Assembly: GCF_009914755.1 (NCBI RefSeq)
Contig: NC_060935.1
DNA from: the human T2T-CHM13v2.0 reference genome, Homo sapiens
Direction: 5' to 3' (one strand)
Length of the DNA: 64,000 nt
In this document: positions 28,190-43,064 of the stretch, in pieces
How positions within the stretch are numbered: position 1 is the stretch's first letter
Layout of the letters: the number at the start of each line of letters is the position of its first letter
Made by a program: the position numbers and the translations under genes
Notes under the pieces: model-generated
Seen by the model: the letters and a program-made list of their open reading frames with translations, nothing else
What the model was told of the DNA's origin: nothing
Databases searched by the model: none

Positions 28190-28640
28190 TGGCCCCTGCA
28201 GACCTGCTTTCCACCCTGTCCACACTGCTCTGTGCCCCAGGAGCTGACCGCATGGATTACATCAATGGCTTTTTGGCCCTCTGGTTGGATTTTCAGTTGA
28301 GTTTGGTCAATGGAGACAAAGGAGATTGGAAGGAAAGAGAAGGATGAGTTTGGAATTTGGGATATCTCCAAATTCCCTTAATGCAGGGTCACTTCTGGCT
28401 GGGCAAGTGTCTCTGCATTTAGTCCCTCTGTTTACACGCTGCTAGTTCCAGGGTTCAGGATGCCCCCACCCCTTCATGCTCAGAGGTAGCAACATCCCCA
28501 CTGTTACTAGCCCAGGATTCTGTACTACTCCTTGTAATTTTTGTACATCGTGTTCATCTTTGTATATAGTCCCTTTATACAACTTTCTTTTAATGTCATC
28601 CTAATTTGAGTACGCCATCTGTTACCTGCCAAGACCCTGC
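28190..28640 (-). mobile_element. LTR33-like ERVL LTR
   Basis: CTGCTCTGTGCCCCAGGAGCTGACC...TTTGGTCAATGG motif. Confidence 0.6.
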
Positions 28641-28924
28641 CATAAAACCTGTCTGGAAAGCAAATGAAAATTAGTTGGCTGTGATTGCCCTTGGTGAACT
28701 GCACTGATTACTTATAATTGTTGCTTTCTTTTCTACAGGCCCACAGACCTTTCTTTTTACCTATTCCATCTAGATTCTTGTAGAGAGCAAAAGTCAAGCT
28801 TAGCAGCCTGTAGTTTCTGGAACATCCTTAAAAAAATACCTGTGTTTGCTGGTCTCAGTTCTTCAAGATCCTCTATTCTCTAAAGTGCCCTAGACATTTG
28901 GCCATTTCACCCTGTTAGTGTTTC

Positions 28925-29200
28925 TCAGTCAGAATAACCAAGGTTATGCTGTGATAGCAAACAATCTCCGATACTCAATGGCTTAAAACAAAAACAGGTT
29001 TCTTTCTCATTGCTGCTATGTATCTATCATGCATTAGGAGGGAGCTCTGCTCACAGAAAACACCCAGGGACCCAAAATGATAGCACTGACACAATTCAAA
29101 TGGTGCTGATTGCTGTGCCGCCAGAGGAAAAGAGAGCACTGGAAGGTCTTGAATAGACAATTAAATGCTTGGCCTGAAAGTGACACCAAACGTGTCACAT
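28925..29200 (-). mobile_element. MLT1-type MaLR LTR fragment
   Basis: AGGTTATGCTGTGATAGCAAACAA...CAATGGCTTAAAACAA. Confidence 0.55.
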
Positions 29201-32147
29201 GGCTTCATTCCGTAACAGGGGGCTATGAAGGTAGTCTACTGAGTGCCTGTCTCTTTGTGGGGAATGTAGTTATTTCAGGAATATCTCTTACCTTTCCAAT
29301 CAGGTTATAAGCTCTTTGGAGGGCAAGGATTTTTTTGGTACTGCTTTCTCTTAGCTTATGTCAGCATGCAAATCATGTGATCACCCACTTGAGGGGCAGC
29401 TTGTCCAACTATGATTTTTAAAAGTGAATGACATATGAAAGCAGGAAAGCGTGCTACACGTTATGCTGTTTAGCCAGCAGTTGCTAAGGTTTTGTTGTGT
29501 TTGTGTGTTTTATGTCATAGTAAATACTAGTTTTTCTTATAGTAAAATCTCATACAAGAGGTAAAAACTATAATACAAAAACAAAAATGTATTTTGTAGA
29601 TGCACTGGTTGTACTATCAAGTTTATTTTGAAATAAATATACAATTTTTTTTGGAATCAACACAATGCCTAGCACATATTAGGCTAAATATTTGTTGAAT
29701 GGATGAGTAAATATCATTATCTCTGCTTATTCTCTTAGCCTCATATATCAGCTTTTTCTTATGTTGCCAGGCAACAGAGAATGTATGTTGATTTTATGGT
29801 TAGTACAATATGGAGGAGCTGAACTATGTGCAAGATGATGCCAATAAGGTGAAGTAAAGAGGGTTCTTATTGAAATACGAAACAGTAGAATCCGGACCAG
29901 AAGGGCCTTTTATTATAAAGGGGGTTAAGCAGGAGGCAGAAAGCCACGTAAGCCACACTTACTATTTGTTGGCCTTTGCTAGCCTTACCTATGTCACTTC
30001 AAGTCCCCTGGCTTCCTCAGCCTGAGAGTATAAAATATGATTGAATTAACATTGAATCTCACATCATGAGAGCTATGAGTCCCACCTGCTCACAGAGGAG
30101 TTTCAGGTGCTCTCATAGTGACCCCCAGTTATTTCTGCCTACCTGCGCTCAGGTGTGAGTCCATTCATGCTTTTCCACTCCTGCCTGCACACTGCTGCCT
30201 GGAAGCCATCCTGTCCCTGCTGATGGTGCCCTTGGTTTATTGTACTGCTCTGTCAGGTGCAGCTGTCTGTCTTCTGTTGGTGGCCCCCTAAGCCTTCAGT
30301 GGGGGTCTGGTGTGGTGTGAACACCCTCTCCTCAACTCTGAGTCACACTGGGTCACCTGGCTCTTAAAGCAGCAGCACAGATGCGTTCGTGAACAGAGTA
30401 TCCTCAGCCTCTGACTCCATGCCCCGACCTTCCCCATCCTCTGCCCCACTCCCCAGCCAAGCTAACTCTATTCCCCTCTATTCCCCGTCACCTCTGGCAC
30501 ACCCTACCCCAACTCTCCACCCCTAGCCCTGGTTGGGGATGGCACAAAATGAGTCCCTCAAACTAGACCAGGGATCTATCAGCCTTTTCTTCTTCCCACC
30601 TTGGTTCTCATCGTCCCCTTTGCCCCACCAAGGGCCTCTCTACCCCATCCACACTCTCACTAACTCTCAGGATTCTTAACTCCAGCCAATGGATCCTTGG
30701 GCAGTGTTAGCTAATTTTACTTGCTAAGGAGCAGCCACAGACCCAGCCAAGAATCCTGTGCACTTTCAATATTCCATTTAGCCCTGCAAATTAGGCAGTT
30801 GTTATACCAAGAGGTCACTAACATTGCTCATGGTCAAACAAGTAGTGGGTGGTAGAGGATTTAAACCCTTGCCTGCCTTTGCCTTTTCCCCTAACAGCAC
30901 ATACTGCTACTGCAGAGCCACTCCTGACCCTATTAAGATAAAAATCAAATAGAGAAATTTGCTACTTCAAGTCAAGACTCTTTAGAACCCTCCCTTCCCA
31001 AATCCAGTCCTCTCTGTGTATTCCTTATCTCAGTAAATGGCACCACCACCCACCCAGCTTGCTCACGCTGGAAATCTAGGAATTATTCTCCATCCTGCTT
31101 TTCCCTCACCCCTCAGAAAGTCCTATCAGTGTTACTTACAAAATGCAGCTCAGATCCATCCACCACATTGCCACTGCCCCCATCCAAGTCTTAACCAGTG
31201 TTCTCCCTCTCTGATCTACTATTAGTGATCTCCTTACTGGTCTCCTTGCCTTCAGGATGGGCCCCTTCCACTTAGTTCCCTGTAAACACCCCCTCTCTGT
31301 TAGGTTTCAAACACCATGCCAGCCTCCCTTGTGTTTGTTGATCACATTTCCAAATATTCTTGAGTGTTTTTTCCCCACCCCACCCACCCTGTGCTCTGTA
31401 ACTTCCTTTATACTGGATCAGGAAGGCTTCTTCCCTGCTGGGTTGGAGCAGCTAGACAGACATCCCCCACTGTGGAAGTAGAAGAAAAGCCTGCAGATAT
31501 TCAACTGGAAGCAAGCAAGCAAGAAAATGTTGCTAGTCTAAGCACAAGACAGAATATTCCAGTGTAAACTTGCAGAGTGAGTGTTTTTTTTTTCTTTCTC
31601 TTCAAGAGATTAGTTAAAAAGAGGCCAAGTCCTGCCCTGGGGAGAAGACAAGGCAGGGACAGATGGAAAACTCATCAGGCCCTGTGGACATGCCCCCTTT
31701 CTGTTGCCCAGCATGCTCAGTTACCCCTCAGAATGTGACGTGGTGGCAGGGGGTTTGGTACCTTGACAGGTGCAGGGGGGCGAGAAGGGGAACTATTTCC
31801 CAGTCAACAGGGGCTTGAGTAGAACAAATTTGTAATTTCCCTTGAGTTGGAACAGGAGTCAAACAGCTCTATCACATTTGTGAGACTAATGTCTGTCTCC
31901 CCAGCTAGACATTGTGCTCCATGAGGACAGGACTGGGGTCTGATTTTGCTGTTTGTGTGATTCAACAGTATCAGATACATTGTAGACACTTGACACATAT
32001 CTCTTGCATGAATAAATTGTAAATATATACACACACACATAAGTATATGTATATAAACATACATGTAACATATGTGTATGTGTTTATATGTATGTGTGTA
32101 TATCTTGAGTTGTAAAAGATTGAGGCTTTTGTTTGGTTAATGTCCAC

Positions 32148-32615
32148 TCTTAAAGAAAAAATTCAACGATTCTTATTAAAGCATGGTAGGGAAGATTTTA
32201 TTCAGGACATAGGTACAGGAATTGCTGCAGTGGGGAAGACAGATTGGGCTCAACTCCAATTACAGCATGGAGTGGGAATTTATAGCCAAGGAGCAGGTTG
32301 GGGGTCAGTGGATGGAAAATTACTAAAAGAAGAAACATTGGGGCTAAGGAGGATTCTGATGTAACTGGCTAAACCGATCTAACAAGATTATTGCTGAAGA
32401 TAGGCCAGTGTAATCAGACATCACCTGGGAGATAGTGGAGGATGAGGAATCTGGTCAGATATCCAAGGTGTTAGATATGATTCGGGGATGTTCTTGCTAA
32501 ACTGACTTAGCAGGGCTCTTTGCTAAAATGAGATTTTACAATGAAGTACACAGGTAGGCCTAGGAGAAGATTCAGAAGCCTGACTAAAGTTTGGCCAAGC
32601 AAAGAATCTTTGTCA
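32148..32615 (-). mobile_element. MER67/MER31-group ERV1 solo LTR
   Basis: Minus strand begins TGACAAAGATTCTTTGCTTGGCCAAACTTTAGTCAGGC. TSD CCAC at 32144-32147 and 32616-32619. Confidence 0.8.
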
Positions 32616-32902
32616 CCACTTTGCTTTTCAAATTTAACATTTCTCAGCAAAATTTAATAAAGAGCAGAAAGGACTAAAAAAGGTAGTGAATTCTACAAAT
32701 CTTTATGTGCTATTATTATATGACTATATGAAGTCCTTGTTTTTTTTTTTTTTTTAATCCTGGCTAAGCAATAATTGTCTATGGAGCTGATCCACTGAGG
32801 TTTCATCAGAATCTTTTTGGGGAGTGGGTATGATGTAAAAGTATCATTGCTTTGATTTAATTTTTAGCCAAAATAGTTTGACTATTTCAAATTACCTTAG
32901 AA

Positions 32903-33201
<299 letters not shown>

Positions 33202-33329
33202 AAATTTACCTTAGAAGAAGAAGATATGGGATTTTTATGTTTAACAAAAGAGGACAGAGGGTAAAAATGATTGAAAAATTCTGTTCTTAAGTGAGGAAAC
33301 CAGTGAGCACCACAAAAAAAGGGCTTGTC

Positions 33330-33701
<372 letters not shown>

Positions 33702-34400
33702 TAAAAAAATCTCTGGTTGGTCAGGGGGCCAATTCTTTCTAATATAAATAAAGAAGCTTTTTGAAGGGAGGTAACTCTCTCTTTCCTCTGTGTAGATCAG
33801 GATTACATTGTGGCAGCCAGGATGGCCTAGAGTACACAGCTTTGATGCTGGCAGAACAAAGATAGATTATGGCCAGTGAAATGTGGCACCACCTGATAAC
33901 AGAGTGTGGAGAGAGGGTTGACTTAGAGCAGATGAAAGGGGAGGGTGTAGAATACAGTGGAATACAGCAACAATTGTTCAGAAGCTGCAGGAAAGAGACA
34001 GTAGAGGAAAGCAGAAAGTTGTTATGATGAAAATGAATCTGCTATGGTTATTTAAGTGGCAGAGACGTCACATCCCAAAACAAATAGATGTGGTTAGGCC
34101 CTTTATCTTCCACCATTAGTGAGACAGCAGATCTGCCATTGTGTGTGTGCCTGTGTGTGTCTGCACCTGTGCACCCACGCATGGCCTTCCCACCTAATGA
34201 TTGTGCAGAGCCCCAGGGGCTTATGGATCTTTCCAAAAGAAGTCTCCTTACAGGTAGGTACAGCTCCTTGGTAGTACTTGCCTGTGTCCTGTTGGATCCA
34301 TTCAGAAGCAGTTGAGCCCATGCCTGTTACAGCAGCCAAGAATACAGATCTTTGCCAAGATTCCTAAGCCTGGTGCCCAGTGTCCTTAACCATCTATTTG

Positions 34401-35076
34401 TATAACTGCCTGATGGGTTCATCCTGCCTGCTGCACAAATAAAGATTAGAGCATTGCAGTAAAGAAAGAGTTTAACTGACGTGAGGCCAGCCACGTGATG
34501 CAGGAGACACAGACTAATCAATCTCATTGAAGGCTCCTAGGTCAGTAGTTTTTTAAAGGCTGTCTGGGGGAAGGGGTGGGAATGGCCAGGTAATGGGTGC
34601 TTGCTGCTGATTGATTAGGGTGGAGATGAAATCAAGGGGGTTGAAGCTGTATTCTTGAGCTGAGTTGCTTCTGGGTGGGGCCACAGGAGTGGGGTTAGAA
34701 GGTCCAGGTGGAGCCATGGATGTCAGACATGCAAAAAACATGAAAATCTCCTCAAAAGGCCAATCTACAATAGTGATGTTATCCACAGGATGTATCTTGT
34801 GACCAGTCTACGCTTCAGCAGTATTTGGGTTCCTCTCCTTCCCCTAGCCTGATGGCCTTTCATTAGCTTTACAAGAGCAGTTGAGTTTTGGGGCCTATTA
34901 TCATTTAAACTATAAACTAAATGTCTCCCAAAGTTAGCTTAGCCTAAGCCCAGGAATGATTAAGAGAAAGGCAAGTTGTGTGTGTGTGTTCTGGATGGGT
35001 GGGGTGGGGGTTATATCAGATCTTTTTTAACTGCTGTAATTTTCTCACCATTACAATTTTTGCAAAGGTGGTTTCA
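34401..35076 (-). mobile_element. LTR8/MER50-group ERV1 solo LTR
   Basis: Minus strand begins TGAAACCACCTTTGCAAAAATT. TSD TTTG at 34397-34400 and 35077-35080. Confidence 0.8.
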
Positions 35077-35079
35077 TTT

Positions 35080-35530
35080 GTAGTCTCTAGTAGTTGCTCA
35101 GCATCCATGTCCTCTCTTGGTCCTCAGTTGTAGTATTCCAATTCCCCCCATTTCAGGGAAGACACATGTGACTGGCCAGTTAGAGTATTGTATCTTATGA
35201 CTTTAGTGGTTGGCTTAGTAATTGACATATACTCTACTGAGAAGCCAATTAGATTTTTCGGGGTGGAGTCTGAGACAGCTGCTGGGGGCCATTTCATGGC
35301 TCCTGACAATGAAACCAACAGAGGGAAACACAATGTTGAAAGATGGATAGAATTCGTTTTCATGGTATCTTTTTGGATCACTGGATCAACCTATACCTGA
35401 AGGTTAGTTACTCTTCGACTTTCCAGTAATGTAAACCAAAAAATTACCCAACTCCTTTTGTCTTTCTTCTTCCTTAAGCCTGTTTGGCTGTGTTTTCTGT
35501 CACATGCAATACAAAGAATCCTAACAGATA
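35080..35530 (+). mobile_element. MLT1-type MaLR LTR (old)
   Basis: 3' end TTTTCTGTCACATGCAATACAAAGAATCCTAAC. Confidence 0.55.
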
Positions 35531-36599
35531 ATGAGTCCTGCCCCACTGGAGGACTTTGTGTGAGGCAAAGGTCATGGACATTGATGAATCCAGCATCTCT
35601 CCCCTATTGTTCAAGTCTCAAAGAATGTAATTCTTTTCTGAGTGTTTTCCCTCTTTGTCAACTCTTGGAATACTTTCCACTCGGGAACAATCCAGCTCTA
35701 TAGGTTCTATGTGGCTAGGCCTTTGAAAACAAAAGCCTGTTAATTCTCCCATAAGGCAAAGGTCACTTAGGTCTCTAAGACACAAATGTTTGACTGTTCT
35801 TCCAGTAATGGGGGAGGGAAATTTCACCTTTTTATTCGCCTACAGCTGCAGGAGGAAGCTAGAATACATATCTCAATAAATTACCTGTTAATTAACTTTA
35901 AAGATGGGGAGCTAAGGCCTCCATGTCTTGATAATAGAGTACCTGACCATTGACTCAGCTTCAGACACACCAGAAACATCATAAGACTAGGACAGCAGAG
36001 CAAGACAGAAGGAACCTGGCTCAGCCCTCCCTCATCAGAGAACACTTGCCAGCTGCCGACCGAAGAGGTGTGTGGCCAGAGTTAAACTCACAGGGCAGAT
36101 TGCAAACTTAAATGCTTCCACCTCCAGGTAGCTAAGAGTGAAGGAGGCTGGAGGGGCATAGGGCATAGTGGGGACTATTGCAGACAGGAGAGGCTGCTTC
36201 AATAAAGGGGCAGCTGTTACTTCACACAAACTACTGCTGCCATGTGGAAAAACAAGTCCAGTGTGGCTCCAGTTTAAGGAAAGCCCTAAAATGTGCGAAT
36301 TCTAAATGTTGGCAACTAATTTTAACAATAAAAACAAAAACAAAAAAAATGGTACTATTGAGCTAAACAAAACACACAAGAAGGCCAGGTCAGCTTGAAG
36401 ACTTTAAACCTCTGCTAGATAGTACATAATTATTTCTATACTTCCATAGTAAATCTGCTTATAAATTCATGGTGTGTTGAGATACTATTCTTTTAAGTTC
36501 AAGATAAATAGTCTCCTTCAGATAGCATATTCATCAGAAACCAGATTTCCTTGTCAGGTGCCTGGCTTGGACCACAATGAGTGATGGGTGTCTGAGCTG

Positions 36600-37162
36600 A
36601 TCTGTTCCCCTTTCCAGGCACTGCACCTGTCTTCCTTTTGGTGAAAGACATCTCTCTCTCTTTCTACATGTGGTTTGGGTGGGGCTGAATCAATCCCTGA
36701 ATCCAAGGGTCAGCCTACACCCTGGCCTGGCCAATCAGAGACCACAGTTGGACCACAGTAGACTGGGTCAAGTTTGGGGAACGTGTACAACAAATAATGT
36801 CAATGAGACAGTTCCTGGTTTTTGTGTCTTTTTGGCAAAAATTGGGAAAGAAAAGTCCATTTTCCTCTAGGGTTACTAGTTCTGAGGATTATGAATCTGG
36901 AGAATCCAGGTATCATCTGTAGGTGAGGGCTTGGGAAAAAGAGTGACACCCCCCACCACCAAGGGAAGCAGATTATAGGGGAGGGGGAGGTGGGAGAGGG
37001 AGATTGGCACAAGGACCAAATTTTCGTCCCTGATTCCAGCTAAGCCTGAAGCCACATCGCATCTGAACTCTTTATTAGGTTAACCAAGCTTTTCTCCCTT
37101 TCTTAGGACAGTTTTAGTTGGGAGTCTCTCACTTGTAACCAAAATAACCTTGTCAAATACAT
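36600..37162 (+). mobile_element. MLT1-type MaLR LTR (old)
   Basis: CCTGGCCAATCAGAG...CCTGATTCCAGCTAAGCCTGAAGCCA...CACTTGTAACCAAAA. Confidence 0.55.
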
Positions 37163-37692
37163 ACTGTCATGCTAACTAGTATAGCACAGCACCTTGGACA
37201 TCATAGGAGCCTTGGAGCCCAAAGCCATGATTGACCCCATTTGTCTGGCATACAGGGACATGTGTGAACCTGACATTGAGGCATAGGGAGACAGGCCGGA
37301 AAGGGAAGCAGAGCTGATAGAATTCATCCTTTTAGCGGGGGTTAGTGTTAAGATGTATGCTGGAGAAGCATCCCACGCTCAGTCTGTTTTGCTATAACAC
37401 TTGTGTGTTTGTGTGTGATTTTAACATAAATTAGCTCAAATGGGGTTGATGTATGGTGGAACAATGTCAGTAAAATGGGATATTACACTGGTTCATCTAT
37501 GATGTTCCCAGCCAGTCAGCATTTTGCACAGGCAAATGTCAGAAGACAAAGGCGGAAGGCACAAACAGCTGAATGCAGCAGGCTGATAAGGGAAGCAGTG
37601 TGGTCCACAGTTCTCATTTGCTTCAAGTCTCTCTGACCTTAGGCGAGCCATAATCTCTGGCTCAGGAGTGCCCAGGGCTCAGTTCTCCCTGA

Positions 37693-38135
<443 letters not shown>

Positions 38136-39509
38136 TGAGCATACTCTTTAAACTGTGCTGGTATTTTAATTAAGATGTTATTACCTTTGTTAATGTTCTG
38201 GTTGCAAAGCTGCATATGTTTTGAATTGTCTGCCTCAATCCTATTTTCCCTACAAGTCTTAATTATTTTTAGTTTGCAATTTTATAGAAAGGATGTTTCT
38301 CTTTTCCCATCAGAAATATACATATTTGATTACTGCAGAAGTACCTGCATTTTCTTTATAGGCAGAGTGATAGCCATAGATGTGCTGACTCTGGACCAGG
38401 TTGCTTTGATTTTCAATCATTTCTTTGCTTTTATAGAGTATCGATAAAGTTCAACCTGACTTCTTATAACTTTCTTGTCTAATATTTAAATATAAAGAAC
38501 ACATACCTGATTCCCAGGTCCTACGCTAAACCCAGAAGCCTGTCTGGAATCCTGAATCAGATTTTCAACCTGGGAGACCTAGCACATGCCATGCCTCTCA
38601 GCATCCAGGAGGGGCCTTTAAGCAACACCATGTACACCAACAAGGCAGCATAAGCAGGTGCTACACACTGTAAAGGAGGCGGGATGCAAGCAGCTGGAAA
38701 ATCATGGTACAAAAAAAAACACCCAATGTCTGCAAATTGGGTAACTCTCATTAGCCCTAAAAAGCTCATTTTCATGGTTAACTAGTTAAGCAGCTGATTA
38801 AAGGCACAAGACTATTTAGGCACCTGCTTATTTGTTCATTTTCTTTTAAACTTTGGACAGGAGATGGCGCTCTTGAATGTAATTTGGCAGAGGATCACTC
38901 AGCATTAGCGCTACAAGGACAAATTCAGCACCTGCAAATACTTCCTTCTTAAACTGAGAAAATGATTTGGATTTTCTGAGGGGGAGAAGAATGCAATTTT
39001 AAAACCAGCTAGAAGTTGAGTGGCTAAGAACATAATAGCACCACCTGTCATTTTTAATTTGGATTTAAAAATTCAATTAATGCTGATTAGTGGTGGGGAC
39101 AGGTGCAGCCCCAATGCTGTGATGTTAAACGAGGAAGTAATAATATTTTGAAGTTGAAAAAGTCATTTGAGGAGGAACCAGTTTTAGAGCTTACCATAAT
39201 AGAATAAAGACAGGTTGGTACACTGGAGTGTGGTAGACCTGGATTTAAATCTTGGAGACAAATGCCAAATATATCAGCTTACACCTTCCAGATGTGCCTT
39301 AGCAGGTTATCTGAGCCCCTTATAAAGCCACTATGCCCAGAACTGAGTAATGAGGGAGGAGGTCTTAAAAACCAAAGAATTTACATCTTCAAATACTGCG
39401 TTTTAGCAGTTTCCACCTGTATTTGAAGAGCTAGTTCTAGAATGCGGTGGCTTGAGGTCTGAATCTTACATGGAGATGTCGGGGCCAAGAGAGTGGAATC
39501 CTAAAATAG

Positions 39510-39760
39510 AATTATAGCAAACACTTATTGATGGCTCACGGCATGCCAAGCTCCACAGGAGGTGCTCTGAATGTGTTCTCTTTTTTAATCTTTATAGCAA
39601 CATCAGGAGGTGGTTACTTTTATTATCCTGTTTTACAGATGAGGTAACAGAGGCTTAAAAGGGCTAAATTACATGCCCAAGGTCAGAGAGGTAGTAAATA
39701 TTAGAGCTAATAAATTATTCATCTGGTTGTAGAACCCACACCATTAATTACTATGCTGTA
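39510..39760 (-). mobile_element. MIR SINE
   Basis: TTTTACAGATGAGGTAACAGAGGCT core. Confidence 0.7.
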
Positions 39761-40221
39761 CTTAAAACCTTCTGAGGGCTTTCGAAGCCATGGAATAAAG
39801 GCCAGACCCCTTAGCCTGACACTCAAGGTCTTTTATGAATCAATTTCAAGCAAGAGTAGATCAGAGAAATGGCAGTGCTATTATCTGAGGCCATGCTAAG
39901 GCAGTGACCACTGATCATCATTACCAAAATTGTTCTGGAGCAGGCACCCACAATATGTGAATGTTTATTCATAATTTACAGGTCCTATTGTCAATCCATA
40001 CATTAAAAATTATTAGACCTTAATTTATTTCTAATTTTAAATAAATTAGATAAATAAATAAATAAATAATGTCTAATAGTTCCCTCCTTCACTCCATCAA
40101 AGGTCTTTCTTATCTGTTGCTGTGTACACTCTGGAAATCATTGGTTTAAGGTAAGGCCAGCTCTATCTAGTTCTCTGTTCAGAGGACAGAAATTCTTCTC
40201 TCTTGTCAATGTTCAGGAAAG

Positions 40222-41689
40222 AATAGCCAAAGCAATCCTAAGCAAAAAGAGCAAAGCCAGAGGCATTAGGTTGCCCAACCTCAAACTATACTTTAAGGCT
40301 ACAGTAACCAAAACAGCATGGTACTGATACAAAAGCAGACACATAGATCAATGGAACAGAATATAGATCCCAGAAATACAGCCACCTGATCTTTGACCAT
40401 GTCAACAAAAATAAGCAATAGGGAAAGGACTCCCTATTCAATAAATGGTGCTGGGATAACTGGCTAATCATATGCAGAAGAATGAAACTGGACCCCTATC
40501 GCTTACCATAAGCAAAAATTAACTCAAGATGGATTAAAGATTTAGATGTAAGACATAAATATTAGAATCTTAGAAGAAAACATTATTCTGGACATCAGCT
40601 TTGGGAAAGAATTTATGACTAAGTCTTCAAAAGCAATTACAACAAAAACAAACATTTACCTCTAGTTAAACCAAAGAGATTCTGCACAGCAAAAGAAACT
40701 ATCAGCAGAGTAAAGAGACAACCTACAGAATGGGAGAAAATATTTGCAAACTATGCATCTGACAAAAATCCAATATCCAAGATCTATAAGGAACTTAAAC
40801 AACTCAACAAGAAAACAACAACAACAACAACAACAAAAACAAAAAACCAATAATCTTATTTTTAAAATGGGCAAAAGACATGAACACTTCTCAAAAGAAG
40901 ACATACAATTAGCCAAAAAACATATGAAAAAATTCTCCACCTCACTAATATTAGAGAAATGCAAATCAAAACCATAGTGAGATACCATCTCACACCAGTC
41001 AGAATGGTTATTATTAAAAAGTCAAAATACAACAGATGTTGGCAAGGCTATAGAGAAATGAGAATGCTTATACACTGTTGATAGGAATGTAAACTAGTTC
41101 CCCCACTATGAAAAGCAGCTTGAAGATTTCTCTTTGAACTTAAAACGGAACTACCATTTGACTCAGCAATCCCATTACTGGATATACACCCAAAAGAAAA
41201 CAAATTATTCTGCTGAAAAGACATATGCACTTGCATGTTCATTGCAGCACTATTCACAATAGCAAAGACATGGAATCAACCTAGGTGCCCATCAATGGTG
41301 GATTGGATAAAGAAAATGTGGTACATATACCCCATGGAATACTATGCAATCATTAAAAAGAATTAAATCATGTCTTTGTAGCAACATGGAGGCAGCTGGA
41401 GGCCATTATCCTAAGCGAATTAACACAAGAACAGAAAACCAAACACTGCACATTCTCATTTTTAGGTAGAAGCTAACCATTGGGTAATCATGGAAGTAAA
41501 AAATGGCAGCAATAGAAACTGGGGACTACTGCGGGAGACAAGCAAGGGTTGAAAAATAAACTACTGGGTACTATGCCTAGTACCTGGGTGATGAAATCAT
41601 TTGTACCCCAAACCTCAGCATCATGCAATATGCCCAGGTAACAAAACTGTACATGTACGCCCTGGATCTAAAATAAAAGTTGAAAAAAA
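40222..41689 (+). mobile_element. 5'-truncated L1PB3/4-like element
   Basis: ORF2 C-terminal remnant plus 3'UTR. TSD AATGTTC(A/T)GGAAAG at 40208-40221 and 41690-41703. Confidence 0.9.
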
Positions 41690-41917
41690 AATGTTCTGGA
41701 AAGCTCAGGCCCTGAGAGGTATTAGGACTGGTACACTTATGCTGAACAGTCAGAACATTCTTACCCTGGTGTGAGTAGGTGATGAGAATCATAACTTGGT
41801 AAGCCTGGAGACAGAACCAAGGAAAGCACAAGGACTGAATGATGCTTATGCCCAGGGCACCCAGGATGGGCAAAGTCCATTGGCCAATGCGTCACCTCCC
41901 ATAAACAGTGTATCAGA

Positions 41918-42352
41918 TGTATTAGTTTCTAGGGCTGCCATAACAATGTAAAAAACTGGGTGGCTTAAACAGCAGCAGCAGTTTATTGCCTAACAGTTTT
42001 GAATGCTAAAGACCTAGATCAAGGTGTCCCAGGGGCTGGTTCCTTCTTAGGGCTGTGAGGGAGAACCTGTTCCATGCCCCTCTCTTAGCTTCTGGTGGTT
42101 TGCTGGCAATCTTTGGCTTTTAGACACATTACCCTGATGTCTGCCTTCATGTTTACATGGTATTCTCCCTGTCTGCATAGTTCTTCACAAGGCATTATTT
42201 TTACAAGGACACCAATCATATTGGGTTGGAGCCCACCTTCCTCCAGTATGACCTCATCTTAAGTATATCTGCAATGACTATTTCCAAATAAGGTCACATT
42301 CAGAAGTACTGGGGGTTAGGACTTCAACATATCTTTTCTGGGCACACAATTC
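41918..42352 (-). mobile_element. MLT1B/C-type MaLR LTR
   Basis: TGTATTAGTTTCTAGGGCTGCCATAACAA...CCAAATAAGGTCACATTC. Confidence 0.8.
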
Positions 42353-42442
42353 TGAAGTTGGCTTCTGTGACTCTCCCTTTTCTAAACTTATCTGTGGGAC
42401 ACCTAATTGTTCCCTGCTGATCAATGTTTACTTGCTTTAGAT

Positions 42443-42661
42443 CAGGGTTTCTGATCCTCAGCACTGTTGACATTTTGGACCAGATAATACTTTGTTGTTG
42501 GTGAGCTGTCCTTCGCACTGTAGAATGTAGAGCAGCATCACTAGCCTCTACCCACTAGATGCCAGTAGCACCCCACCCCTTGAGCTGTGACAATGAAAAT
42601 TGTCTTCAGACATTTTGAAATTTCCCCCAGATGGTAAATTCATCAGTGTAGGGAACCACAG
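42443..42661. mobile_element. MER20 hAT-Charlie
   Basis: GCACTGTTGACATTTTGGACCAGATAAT...CTACCCACTAGATGCCAGTAGCAC. Confidence 0.85.
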
Positions 42662-43064
42662 CTTTAGGTGCAACCATACATTGACATGAGCTCCTGCTGA
42701 ACCCTAGGATCAGGGACCCATTTTGCTCCTGGAGATTTTGCATTCCTCTGCTCTCCTACGTACATCTATTATCCAGTTTCACTCCCAGAAGGTAACCTTA
42801 CATGCCTCCCAGGAGCTCCTAAGACCTTGTGCTCCCTAAAGACTGATCTCGCAGTTGCCTGAACTCCTCTTGTGCTCCAGCAGGACTGTGACCAGCCTGA
42901 GGGCAGGTGCAGCATCTGACCCACTTCTCTATCACTCTGTCTCCCTGCCTGGGGCCTGGCACCCCACCCCTGACCCAGTATATTTTTCAAATGAAAGAAT
43001 CCTAGTGTCTTCTTATTCTGATGGTTTCCTATTTGTTACCAACATATCTCTTTTATAATAGGAA

